64,000 nucleotides of DNA from an uncultured Candidatus Saccharibacteria bacterium (GTDB taxonomy: Bacteria > Patescibacteriota > Minisyncoccia > Phycocordibacterales > Phycocordibacteraceae), in contig CAZSKX010000001.1 of the NCBI GenBank assembly GCA_964607655.1, positions 232,939-296,938 on the forward strand, written 5' to 3'. A program made the position numbers and the translations under genes. Shown piece after piece: positions 37,829 through 47,922 of the stretch. Below the pieces are notes generated by a model, which was not told the origin of the DNA, did no database searches, and was given only the letters and a program-made list of their open reading frames with translations. Numbering within the stretch: position 1 is the stretch's first letter; each line of letters starts with the position of its first letter.

Positions 37829-38140
37829 TTGCTGATGACGATGCGCCGTATGTTCGCGAAGCGAACGTTACTGCCAGTGTTATCGCATCAGCAATGAAAA
37901 GACGCCAGCTGACGTGTTCGCAAGAACGATACAGCTCGTGTCTTTCTAGCCCGGGTTGCGCTTGCGCACCCGGGCTTTTTGTTTTATGTTCGAGGCAGGT
38001 TGCAAGGGACGCTGCCTGTCTTGTATTCGATATTCGACGGATCACGATCTGTTCTCCGCAACCGCCTCTTGGTTGGCTCGACGATCTTTGGTTTGTTCTC
38101 ACCGAGAACGAAAGGAGGCATGTTCGACGCCAACCATTCA
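37829..38140. repeat. repeat module copy 4 (T1 hairpin at 37948-37988 and GGTTGGCTCGACG...CGACGCCAACC hairpin at 38060-38130)
   Basis: About 80% identical by eye to modules at 35686-35940 and 35031-35300. Confidence 0.65.
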
Positions 38141-38829
38141 AGAAGCTTCGTCGCGATGCAATTCTGATTATCCAGAAGGACGTAAGGAGGTGTGTCCCGA
38201 GCCAAGCAATGCCGCCTATCGAAGCTCGATAGGCGGCATTATTTTGTACCTCTCATACTTAGTCTAGCTCCTGTAAGTGCCTTGGCCACAACGCTCATCG
38301 ATACAAAAAATTTATTGGGGTGGGGATAACGCCAACGTGATCTGGACTCAAGCGTTAGCCGCGGGGCGTCATATATATAGTCGCCCGCGAGGCCTCGCGC
38401 GCCACATCTCCGGTCGGTAGGCGCATAAGCGCTACGACAATTAGGCACCACAATATATAAGTGATATTCAAGAAGTTCCCGTATCTCGGCAAGACGTGAA
38501 AGCCTTTATTTACTTAATAAATAATCTCGGCATCCCAAGATTCCCGGCCGAATGTCAGGATTTGCATGGGCTCTCCTCGTTCCTTGTGCTCACAGTCCTC
38601 TCGCCAGCAAGGCACTTGAGTCACTTTGCAGGGCTTTTATCCTTTCCCACATAAGTTTCTTAGGCTGATTCCCTACCGCCTGAATGTGCGGTGAAGGAGG
38701 CCATTTTTATGGCGATTTGGTGACTCATTTTAGGTCCAAAAGTCACTGCCTTTGGCAGACTAAAGTTATACTTACATACATGATAAGTCGCATGTCGTTA
38801 TGGCGACATATGGCTTGAAATAAGAGCAA

Positions 38830-41800
38830 ATGGACGACAACCAAATCCTCAACGACGCATCTGAATATCTCTCATCTCGCGACGTCGCGGAGCTCTACAG
38901 GGTTACCCACGATCACGTCTCTCGACTCTGCCGCCAAGGTCGTTTAGCCGCCACCCAGAGGGGCGGAATCTGGCTCATCGAGAAAGGGTCGGCCGCCAGA
39001 TTTTTTGATTCGAAGAGCAAGCCCGTAGTGATCGAGAGGATGATCTCCTCACGGGACGCGGCTTCTTTGTACAGAGTCACTCACGACCACATTGCTCGAC
39101 TATGTCGCCAAGGGAAACTGACTGGGACGCTTCGTGACGGGATGTGGCTAGTGGACACAGGGTCACTCGATGTTTTTTTCAAGCATAGGGCAAAGGTTGA
39201 ACAAGCACCTGCGTCAGCGACGACAAGCCCGAGTGAAAAGCTCGTCTATGTTGTCCAGAAGGAATTACCAGTCGCTCCCCCAACCACGTTGCCACAAACG
39301 TCAGTACCAGCATCGACACTCGTCGTACCGACACGAGTATCGCTGCTAAGAATCACCACTTCGTTTGCTGCGCTTCTACTTCTTTTCGTGCTGCTGCTCG
39401 GAGTGAACACAGCAGAGACAACACTCTCAAGGTCGTCATCGACTGCAGAGGCAGCTGCGCTCGGGTTTCTCCCTGAGCCCATCGCTACATGGGGTGTGAA
39501 TGTTATCGATGGTACGCGAGTTGCGATTACATCGTTTAAAAATTTCTTTACCTTCTACTCGAATCCATTTCCTACCATCGTCTTGGAAGCACCTCAGATT
39601 TTCTACCATCTTGCTGATCGGGTGCCCTCCTCAGCAACCACCACTCGATCGGTAAGTAATAGCTACGCGACCTACAACACCTTTATCGAAGGAGTTTCTA
39701 AAAGCTATTTAGATCAAGTGCTCGTTCAACTACGCACCGAGGTGTACCGCAATATTGATTCGACCATTCGCCCATACCTCGAGCGCCCCGCTCGATCTTC
39801 AGGCAGTACTTCCCTTTCTCTCACCACTTCGGGCACGAGCGGGGCAGCAACGCTGAGCGGCAACGTGCTCAATATTCCGCAATACACCGGTGGTGGCTCG
39901 GGCACTATCGGCAGTGGTACTGTCGGGCAGATCCCGTACTACAGCGGGGCCACCGCTCTCACAGCCACCTCTTCACTCTTCATCGATACGACAGGATACC
40001 TCGGCCTCGGCACTACCTCACCTGGCACGATCCTCTCGATCGGCGATGGTGCAGACGCAATCAATTTCTCAAACACCGCAACGAGCACATTCAGCTACGG
40101 GATCAACATCAAGGGCGGATGTTTCGCGGTGGACGGTGTTTGTTTTTCTGATGGTCCTGGCCTCTCCTCAGTCTCTGCCACCTATCCGATCACTGGCAAC
40201 GGAACTATTGGCTCGCCGCTTGTACTTGCTTTTGGTACCTCGACCGCAAACACGTGGGGCGACACCCAGACCTTCACGAACAATCCCATCCTCGGTTCAC
40301 TCTCCGGTCTCATCTACGGCAACAGCGGTACGCTCGCAAGTACGGCCACCTCAACCCTCTCCTTCAGCAGCTTCCCAGCACGCCTCACCGGCACCCTCGG
40401 CTCACTCGTGGGTGGCACGAACTCTTCGTTCACCTGGTGGGGTCTCGCTACGACAACGAACATCGTCTCGGGCAATCTCCTGTACGGCAGTGGTGCTAAT
40501 GGTGTAGCGAATGTGGCGACGTCCACCCCAACCGCCGGCACCGGCATCTCACTTGCAGGCACCGGCAGTGTCGTTGGCGGCAGCCTCTCGATCACCAACA
40601 CCGGCGTCACGAGCGTCGCCGCCACGTATCCACTCATCACGAGCGCTGCAACCGGCAACATCACCCTCTCTACGGCCCTTGCCACCACGACGATCCGCCA
40701 AGAGTTTGGCACGGCACAGCTCGGCAACATCTCCTTCGCCACTTCTTCTGACGCAAACCTCAGACTCAACATCACTAACAGCGGTGGCGCCTTCACCTTC
40801 GCTCCGGTATGGAATGGCGTCCTCTCGATCCTTCGTGGGGGTACTGCAAGCACAACACCGCTCGGTGGCATCTTGGTTGGCAACGGTACGAACCCAATCA
40901 AGTCACTCGTGGTCGGCACCGGCCTCACCTTCGACGGTACGACGCTCGCCTCGACAGCAAGTGGCGGTACGGTGACGCAGGTTGATACCTCAAGCTCAGT
41001 CACCGGCCTCACCCTCACCGGTGGCCCCATCACCACGACGGGCACCGTCACTCTTGGGCTCACGGCCGGCTACACGATTCCGCTCAGTGCCTCAACCACT
41101 GAATGGGACACGGCATACTTGAATCGCATCACCTCAGCGAGCGCACCACTGTCGTTTGCAAACAATACCCTCTCGATCACCCAGGCGGGCGCCGCTACGA
41201 ATGGGTATCTCTCCTCAACTGACTGGAATACGTTTAACAACAAAGCCGGCTTCGCCTGGCCGTTCACCGTGCAGACTGGTTACGTCTCAACCTCCACTAC
41301 GGTTGGCTTCTTGCAAGGTCTCTTCTCGACCGCTTCATCAACTTTCTCGGGCCCCCTCCGCTTCTCCTCGCTCACGCCCGGCGGTCTCGCGGTTGGCACG
41401 GGCGGTCTCGTATACAGCGCTGCCACCACCACTGCGGGTACTGGCCTTACATACAGCGGCAATGCCTTCAACGTCAACACAACGCAGGACATTTCTCGAC
41501 TTTCGAACCTTACGTCAAACGGCGTGGTCTACACATCAGCCGGCAACGGAACGTTGAATGTTGGTGCGACCTCGACACTCTCCTTCAGCAGCTTCCCAGC
41601 CCGCCTCACCGGCACCCTCGGCTCACTCGTCGGCGGCACCAACTCTTCGTTCACCTGGTGGGGACTCGCTACGACCACCAACATCGTTCCCGGCAATCTC
41701 CTGTATGGATCAGGTGCAAATGGTGTGGCGAATGTGGCGACTTCGACGCCATCCCTCGGCCTCGGCCTCAGCTACGTTGGCGGCACCCTCGGTTCGTTTG

Positions 41801-44800
41801 TCGGTGGCTCAAGCGGCACCTTCTCGATCGCCACCTCCTCTCTGTACAGCGGCTCAACAGGGCAGTTTCCATACTTCAGCGACACAAATACGATCACCGC
41901 AACCTCATCGATCTTCCTTGCGACCAACGGCCGCATCGGCATCGGTACTACCACGCCGGGTACAATCCTCTCGATCGGCAACGGTACAACGGCCATCAAC
42001 TTCAGCAACACGGCGACTTCAACCTTTAGCTATGGTCTGAATATCCGAAATGGATGTTATGCAATCGGCGGCTCTTGCCTCTCGGCGGCGACATTTGGCC
42101 TCACTAACTACTGGACCCTCTCGGGAGGAAACATCTTCAACAACAATGCAGGAAAGGTCGGCGTCGGGACCTCGACTCCGTGGGGCCAGCTCTCAGCTTC
42201 TTCGACTTCTGCATACCCAACGCTCGCGATACAACAACTCGGAGCAGGACCCGCAGCGACATTCTTAGGAGGAAATGTGGGCATCGGCACCACCTCGCCG
42301 TATAAGACACTTTCTGTAGGAGGAAACGTGGGCATAAACGGTGATGTGCAGATCTATGGGAATACGCTGTACGAGCCGAGCGGCATGCTCTCTAGTGGTG
42401 CGTGGTTTGGCGATGGATCGGGATACTATGTGCAGGTTGCCGGGTTCCAAGACACACTGACTGCTAACGCAAATATTCTATTTCCTGCCGGTATCAGTGC
42501 AGCTAATGATACGTTTGTTCTAGAGAATCTAGCTCAAACCCTCACCAACAAAACGCTCACCTCACCCGTCCTCACGACACCAACCCTCAGCGGCGGCACC
42601 CAAGGCAGCGTCCTCTTCCTGGGCACGAGTGGGACCATCACCCAGAACAACAGCAGTTTCTTCTGGCACAACACGCGCACTACACTCGGACTTGGTACAA
42701 CGACGCCACGGTATAAACTCACCATCGCCACCTCAACCGCCCCCCAACTCTCCCTCGCGGCAGGCACCGGTATCGCCCAGTGGACCTTCCGCAACGCTGG
42801 CGGCAACCTCTACGTCGCTAGCACTAGCGCTGCCGGCACTGCCACCTCAAGCATCGCTGCGCTCTCGATCACGGGATCAAATGCATACGTCGGTATTGGC
42901 GTGAATGCCCCCACCCAGAAGCTCGATGTCGCTGGCAACGTGAACGTCACCGCCACCTCTGGGTACTATCAGGGCGGCTCTCGCGTACTCTTCGCTCCCG
43001 CCAGCTATGAAGCCACCTATGTCGGCATCGGCGCAGGCAATGCAAACCCGACGGGCGGAGCTAACTCAGCGCTCGGGTATCAGTCGCTGTACAACACCAC
43101 CACCGGTATCCAAAACACCGCCCTTGGCCACTCCGCCCTCTATACCAACTTCAACGGAGGTCGCAACACGGCGGTGGGCTGGTATGCCGGGTACTCAAAC
43201 CAAAGCGGAACCGACAACGTCGCGATCGGCAACGCGGCACTCGAGAACGCCAGCAGCTCATACAACACCGCACTCGGCAGCTTTGCCTTAAACGCCGTTA
43301 CGACGGGAGAGTACAACATCGGGATCGGGTACCAGGCAGGCAACACGAACCCCATCACCGGCAGCAACAACATCCTCATCGGCAACAACGTCGACCTTCC
43401 AAACGCAAACAGCTCAAACATGCTCTCGATCGGCAATCTGATCTACGGCACGGGGCTCTCCACGAGTGCGGGTACGGGTGTCTCGACGGGGAATATTGGT
43501 ATTGGGACGACGAGCCCACAGTACAAGCTGTCGGTATTAAATAGTACCGCGCCTCAGCTCGCACTTGCTTCAGGGGCGGGAGTGGCGCAGTGGACCTTCC
43601 GCAACGCAGGCAGCAACCTCTACCTCGCTACCACTACGGCGAACGGCTCGGCCACCACGACACTCCCTGCCTTTACGATCCTTGGATCAACAGGAAGAGT
43701 GGGTATTGCGACCAGCTCTCCCGGATCACTCTTCTCAATCGCCAACGTCGCCAACTTCAAGACCGGGACCTCGACCATATATGAGAATCTTAACGTTCGC
43801 GGACAACTCAAGATCGGTACGGGTTCTATCTATCTCAATGGGGCGGCGACGAGCACCTTCTCTAACGGCATTTCCCTTGCTGCCGGCAACATCATCAGCT
43901 CCCCCGGCGCCTTCAGTATTAACTCAGGCGCCGCCTCTGCGCTCAACATTGACTCAGGCACCACGGGAGCGCTTAATCTCGGTACCAGCGCTAATGCGAA
44001 GACGATCACTATCGGCAACTCAACCGGTGCCACCGCTGTGAACATCACCACTGGTACCGGGAATTTTGCGCTTAACACGAATCAGCTATTCGTTAATCAG
44101 TCTACGGGATATGTCGGCATCGGCACAACATCTCCCAGCGAGACTCTTACCGTGAACGGCAATCTTCTTTTCGTTAAGGAATCGGCCCGCACCATCTCTG
44201 TGGGCGATTCAACGACTTCAAACACAGCAGGGGCGGCGCTATCCATCCTGGGTGCAGCTGCAACATCCGGTGCAGCGAATGGTGGGGCAATTAGCATTAC
44301 AGGCGGCGCGTCGACAGGCACGAGCGGTAATGGTGGCGCCGTTACCATTACAGGAGGGGCGGGCAAAACAGGCACCTTTTCTACCGGCGGGGCGATTTCG
44401 CTTACTTCAGGAGGAACTTCGTGGTACTCAGGGGCGATCACGATAGCAACGGCGGGTTCGGCGGAGTCAGGCGACCTTACGCTAAGCACGGGGTCTGCTG
44501 GTTTCGCAGCATCGGCGGGTGACATATCGCTGACCGCTGGAAGCCATTCGTCAACTGGATCAGCGGGCAACATTCTGCTTACTGCAGGCAGCAACTCAAG
44601 CTCTGGCGCCGCAGGTTCGATCACCATCAACGCTGGCAACTCGACTTCAGGAACTGTCGGGAACGTGCTCTTGAACAGTGGTGGCGTAGGCAAAGTGGGC
44701 ATCGGTCTAGCATCACCAGCAACGATGCTCGATATCGATACGGGCAGTAACACTACCGGCCTGCGGATTCGGGGCTTGGCTGAGACGGTCGAGATCGCTG

Positions 44801-46713
44801 ACATTTCTGTTGGGTCGGCCGGTCAGCTGATACTGTCAACGGCAAACACAGGAGATTCTGGCGCATTTATTGAGGTAGACGCTGAGGACGACTTGTATGG
44901 TCTCATCATACGCGATTCGAATACGGGCAGCACACAGTTCGCAAACGTGTATATGGCCGACGCAGCAACCGACTACCTGAATATCGTAGTGAACAACACT
45001 GCCGCCACAGCCGGACTCGTCGTCAGCGACGACGACTATGTTGGCATCGGTGACACGACTCCGGCTGCTAGGTTATCGATTGTAAACAATGTCGCCACCA
45101 ACTTCCTGGACACCTACGCCGAGTATCAGGTCTTGCTGTATGACAGTGGCGTAGCAGCAACTTCGTATGGCCTCGGTATCAAAAACAACACCATGGTCTT
45201 CAATAGTGGCGTTGGCGGGTATAGCTTCGACGACGCTGGAGGATCGAGCAGTATGGTTATCGACTCTTCGGGCAATGTAGGTATCGGCACCGCATCACCG
45301 TACAATAAATTTGATATTGTGGCCGACACGTCGGGCGTGGCCAATGCGCAGGCCAGCGCAGGCCTTCGCATCGACGCCAACACATCCTTAAATGACACGG
45401 CTTTCCTTGCTGGCGTCGACAGCACGAACAACCTCGCATACATACAAGCAGTAGAACCTCTCGTTTCTTGGACAACTAGACCACTTATTCTGCAGCCCAA
45501 TGGCGGTTCTATCGGTATCGGGGACACCACCCCCTCCTATACCCTCGATGTGAACGGCACATTGCGCACAACGAGCAACCTGACCGTCGACGGCACTACG
45601 ATGACACTGACCAGCTCCGGTTTTGTGGGCATCAATAACATTAACTCCAATTCCACTATTGTTGTTTTTGCTGCTGATGCTAATAATGATGGCAGCACTG
45701 AACAATTCCAATTTCGAATTAACGACACAGTGGCGGGTGGCGCTCGTCTGGCGCAGATTGATACCGTCGGCATCTATACTGACAATATGCCAGCTCCCGG
45801 CAACTCTACTGTCTGTAGAGACGCCTCTGGAGAATCCTACTTCGGTTCGTGTACGTCGCTGTTGAAGTACAAGGAGAACATCCGTGATCTGCCACTTGGG
45901 CTGGATACCGTGCTCGCGCTAAAGCCGCACCTGTTTGACTGGCGATACAATATGGGCTCACCTGACGACCTTGGGTTCATTGCTGAAGAAGTCGAGGCGA
46001 TTAGCCCTATACTCACGGAGTATAACGATAACGGCGAGCTGACCGGCGTGAAATATGCGAGCATGGCAGCACTCTTTGCGCGGGCGATACAGCAGCTTGA
46101 TGCACGAGAGCGCCTCTTTGCGAGCTCGACCACTATCCGCCTTGACTCGCTCGAGAGCCGCCTCGCAATGCTCGAGAACGGGCTCATCTCCACCACATCG
46201 TCGGGTATCGTCTCGAGTCTGGGAGAATCAGCCCTCACACAACTCATTACTTGGTTTGGAAACGCCTCAAATGGGATCCAAGACCTGTACGCTACCGCCT
46301 TCCACGCGGAGGAGGTGCACACGCGCACGCTCTGCGTTAAGAGGTCTGACGATACTGACATCTGTGTCACGGGCGACGAGCTCGCGGCACTCCTCGCTGC
46401 TCAGAATATCTCCCCTGTCCAGGCTCCTTCAGACGAGATCATCATTACAGATACTCCGTCGGGAGCAGTAACACCACCTGACACGAGCACTACTACGCCC
46501 GCGGTGAGCGACCCTCTCGTTCCCCCAACCGATACAGACGAAACTACGGTTGAAACCGCTCCGACGCCTTCCCCAGACACTACCGGCGAGAATGTCGCCG
46601 AGAGTGCCACGGACACCTCGAGCACACCAGACCCAGCACCAGACGCTCCGGCCGATGCGGTAGTAGAACCTGCCTCAACGGCTAGCGCCCCTGTAGAGAC
46701 GGCTACGCTGTAG
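38830..46713 (+). CDS. giant 2627-aa protein: two tandem excisionase-type HTH domains, one TM helix, a huge Gly/Thr/Ser-rich repetitive fibre, and a C-terminal phage-tail-spike-like intramolecular chaperone (peptidase S74-like) domain
   Basis: HTH copies at aa ~15-60 and ~70-115 (LSSRDVAELYRVTHDHVSRLCRQGRLAATQRGGIWLIEKGSAARFF; ISSRDAASLYRVTHDHIARLCRQGKLTGTLRDGMWLVDTGSLDVFF). TM helix VSLLRITTSFAALLLLFVLLLGV. Internal near-identical repeats. C-terminal LKYKENIRDLPLGLDTVLALKPHLFDWRYN...LGFIAEEVEAISPILTEY...GVKYASMAALFARAIQQL matches the S74 auto-cleaving chaperone domain. The antisense ORFs in the track are artefacts. Confidence 0.8.
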   Translation: MDDNQILNDASEYLSSRDVAELYRVTHDHVSRLCRQGRLAATQRGGIWLIEKGSAARFFDSKSKPVVIERMISSRDAASLYRVTHDHIARLCRQGKLTGTLRDGMWLVDTGSLDVFFKHRAKVEQAPASATTSPSEKLVYVVQKELPVAPPTTLPQTSVPASTLVVPTRVSLLRITTSFAALLLLFVLLLGVNTAETTLSRSSSTAEAAALGFLPEPIATWGVNVIDGTRVAITSFKNFFTFYSNPFPTIVLEAPQIFYHLADRVPSSATTTRSVSNSYATYNTFIEGVSKSYLDQVLVQLRTEVYRNIDSTIRPYLERPARSSGSTSLSLTTSGTSGAATLSGNVLNIPQYTGGGSGTIGSGTVGQIPYYSGATALTATSSLFIDTTGYLGLGTTSPGTILSIGDGADAINFSNTATSTFSYGINIKGGCFAVDGVCFSDGPGLSSVSATYPITGNGTIGSPLVLAFGTSTANTWGDTQTFTNNPILGSLSGLIYGNSGTLASTATSTLSFSSFPARLTGTLGSLVGGTNSSFTWWGLATTTNIVSGNLLYGSGANGVANVATSTPTAGTGISLAGTGSVVGGSLSITNTGVTSVAATYPLITSAATGNITLSTALATTTIRQEFGTAQLGNISFATSSDANLRLNITNSGGAFTFAPVWNGVLSILRGGTASTTPLGGILVGNGTNPIKSLVVGTGLTFDGTTLASTASGGTVTQVDTSSSVTGLTLTGGPITTTGTVTLGLTAGYTIPLSASTTEWDTAYLNRITSASAPLSFANNTLSITQAGAATNGYLSSTDWNTFNNKAGFAWPFTVQTGYVSTSTTVGFLQGLFSTASSTFSGPLRFSSLTPGGLAVGTGGLVYSAATTTAGTGLTYSGNAFNVNTTQDISRLSNLTSNGVVYTSAGNGTLNVGATSTLSFSSFPARLTGTLGSLVGGTNSSFTWWGLATTTNIVPGNLLYGSGANGVANVATSTPSLGLGLSYVGGTLGSFVGGSSGTFSIATSSLYSGSTGQFPYFSDTNTITATSSIFLATNGRIGIGTTTPGTILSIGNGTTAINFSNTATSTFSYGLNIRNGCYAIGGSCLSAATFGLTNYWTLSGGNIFNNNAGKVGVGTSTPWGQLSASSTSAYPTLAIQQLGAGPAATFLGGNVGIGTTSPYKTLSVGGNVGINGDVQIYGNTLYEPSGMLSSGAWFGDGSGYYVQVAGFQDTLTANANILFPAGISAANDTFVLENLAQTLTNKTLTSPVLTTPTLSGGTQGSVLFLGTSGTITQNNSSFFWHNTRTTLGLGTTTPRYKLTIATSTAPQLSLAAGTGIAQWTFRNAGGNLYVASTSAAGTATSSIAALSITGSNAYVGIGVNAPTQKLDVAGNVNVTATSGYYQGGSRVLFAPASYEATYVGIGAGNANPTGGANSALGYQSLYNTTTGIQNTALGHSALYTNFNGGRNTAVGWYAGYSNQSGTDNVAIGNAALENASSSYNTALGSFALNAVTTGEYNIGIGYQAGNTNPITGSNNILIGNNVDLPNANSSNMLSIGNLIYGTGLSTSAGTGVSTGNIGIGTTSPQYKLSVLNSTAPQLALASGAGVAQWTFRNAGSNLYLATTTANGSATTTLPAFTILGSTGRVGIATSSPGSLFSIANVANFKTGTSTIYENLNVRGQLKIGTGSIYLNGAATSTFSNGISLAAGNIISSPGAFSINSGAASALNIDSGTTGALNLGTSANAKTITIGNSTGATAVNITTGTGNFALNTNQLFVNQSTGYVGIGTTSPSETLTVNGNLLFVKESARTISVGDSTTSNTAGAALSILGAAATSGAANGGAISITGGASTGTSGNGGAVTITGGAGKTGTFSTGGAISLTSGGTSWYSGAITIATAGSAESGDLTLSTGSAGFAASAGDISLTAGSHSSTGSAGNILLTAGSNSSSGAAGSITINAGNSTSGTVGNVLLNSGGVGKVGIGLASPATMLDIDTGSNTTGLRIRGLAETVEIADISVGSAGQLILSTANTGDSGAFIEVDAEDDLYGLIIRDSNTGSTQFANVYMADAATDYLNIVVNNTAATAGLVVSDDDYVGIGDTTPAARLSIVNNVATNFLDTYAEYQVLLYDSGVAATSYGLGIKNNTMVFNSGVGGYSFDDAGGSSSMVIDSSGNVGIGTASPYNKFDIVADTSGVANAQASAGLRIDANTSLNDTAFLAGVDSTNNLAYIQAVEPLVSWTTRPLILQPNGGSIGIGDTTPSYTLDVNGTLRTTSNLTVDGTTMTLTSSGFVGINNINSNSTIVVFAADANNDGSTEQFQFRINDTVAGGARLAQIDTVGIYTDNMPAPGNSTVCRDASGESYFGSCTSLLKYKENIRDLPLGLDTVLALKPHLFDWRYNMGSPDDLGFIAEEVEAISPILTEYNDNGELTGVKYASMAALFARAIQQLDARERLFASSTTIRLDSLESRLAMLENGLISTTSSGIVSSLGESALTQLITWFGNASNGIQDLYATAFHAEEVHTRTLCVKRSDDTDICVTGDELAALLAAQNISPVQAPSDEIIITDTPSGAVTPPDTSTTTPAVSDPLVPPTDTDETTVETAPTPSPDTTGENVAESATDTSSTPDPAPDAPADAVVEPASTASAPVETATL
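40357..40530. repeat. internal ~170-bp repeat within the giant gene (copy A; copy B at 41588-41761)
   Basis: Encodes TLSFSSFPARLTGTLGSLVGGTNSSFTWWGLATTTNIV(S/P)GNLLYGSGANGVANVATSTP twice. About 85-90% nucleotide identity by eye. Other degenerate repeat families are also present (PGTILSIG-G-AINFSNTATSTFSYG; TAPQL-LA-G-G-AQWTFRNAG-NLY). Confidence 0.8.
41588..41761. repeat. internal ~170-bp repeat within the giant gene (copy B)
   Basis: See copy A. Confidence 0.8.
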
Positions 46714-46805
46714 CCAGCCCCTTCGACAGGACGCCCGGAGCTGTCTTTTCCATATATTTGTGCTACTGTGCTGTTGGACCAACCTTAAAGCCTAGGAGGC
46801 ACCAC

Positions 46806-47174
46806 GTGGATATCACACTGCATTTCAATTTCCGCAATGTCGAGGAGTACTGGATGTACCTGGACCGCGTCATCGGCACCAAGCTCGTCCAGATCCAACA
46901 ACAGGGAGACGTCTGGAAGGATGATCCCGTCTACATCGCTGATAAGCAGAGACGCGAGGACTTCGTGACTCTGTGCTGGGTCGAGCTCGTCGCCGAGCTC
47001 GCGGCTGCCAGCCAGTTGATCAGGCTGATGGGCTACCCGGAGGCTGCCGACAAGGGTGAGGTACTACTCCGCATGGTGAAGATCGGCGATGTCCGCGAAC
47101 ACAAGGTTCGCGAGGCGATCAACACCTTCCATCACCAGTTCCACCCTGAACAAGGGAAGTATCTGGTGACCTAG
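46806..47174 (+). CDS. hypothetical protein (122 aa from an SD-supported GTG start)
   Basis: AGGAGG precedes the GTG at 46806. Followed by the terminator at 47191-47234. Confidence 0.4.
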   Translation: MDITLHFNFRNVEEYWMYLDRVIGTKLVQIQQQGDVWKDDPVYIADKQRREDFVTLCWVELVAELAAASQLIRLMGYPEAADKGEVLLRMVKIGDVREHKVREAINTFHHQFHPEQGKYLVT

Positions 47175-47190
47175 CTCTCTCGCGCCCGAC

Positions 47191-47234
47191 GAAAACCGCC
47201 CGACGGTTCTCGTCGGGCGGTTTCTTCTTTTTTA
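47191..47234. terminator. bidirectional rho-independent terminator
   Basis: The hairpin CCGCCCGACGG...CGTCGGGCGG is flanked by an A-run and TTTCTTCTTTTTTAT. Confidence 0.65.
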
Positions 47235-47888
47235 TAACTTCCCTACCAGGTCCATGCCCGGTTCGAGCGTGTCGTCACCTGGCTCCCAGGAGGCTGGGCA
47301 GACCTGACCCTTGTGCGTTTCTACATACTGAGCAGCCTGGAGCTTACGCAACGTCTCTGCCCCCTTTCGCCCGATAGAGTTATCGCTTACTTCAGCAGAG
47401 CGGAGTACCCCTGACGGGTCGATGATAAACGTTCCGCGTAGCGCGAGGCCTTCGTCAGGAACAACTGCCGCGCCCGTATTTTCGATAAGCGCACCGAAGG
47501 CGCGTGCGAGACGGCCTGCTGGATCTGCAGCCATCGGATATTTGATTGCACGGATCCCTTCTGAGGCGTTGTGCCAGGCCTTGTGCGTATTTACGTTATC
47601 AGTCGATACTGAGACAATCTCAGCGTTGAGCTCCTGAAACTTCGGGTAGAGCTTCGCGAGCTCCTCGAGCTCTGTCGGGCAGATGAACGTGAAGTCCGCT
47701 GGATAGAAGACGAGAATCACCCACTTGCCCTGGAGCTTGCCGAGGCTCATCGTCTGAACCTCATCGGCCTGCGGCTGATATACCTCAAACTCATAATCAG
47801 GGACAAAATTGCCCACCTTAACCTCGCTCTCATAGAACCCAACCGGGTTGTGGAACTCGCCGCACGTCTCGCAGTAGTTGCTTTTCAT
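47232..47888 (-). CDS. 2-Cys peroxiredoxin (AhpC/TSA family) with a short N-terminal CxxC-containing extension
   Basis: FTFICPTE peroxidatic Cys and C-terminal GQVCPASW resolving Cys. The SD-supported start is MKSNYCETCGEF at 47888. The track ORF start at 47957 would overlap divergent miaA. Confidence 0.85.
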   Translation of the reverse strand: MKSNYCETCGEFHNPVGFYESEVKVGNFVPDYEFEVYQPQADEVQTMSLGKLQGKWVILVFYPADFTFICPTELEELAKLYPKFQELNAEIVSVSTDNVNTHKAWHNASEGIRAIKYPMAADPAGRLARAFGALIENTGAAVVPDEGLALRGTFIIDPSGVLRSAEVSDNSIGRKGAETLRKLQAAQYVETHKGQVCPASWEPGDDTLEPGMDLVGKL

Positions 47889-47922
47889 TTCCTTCATAGA
47901 CGGGTAGTATACCAAATCATAT

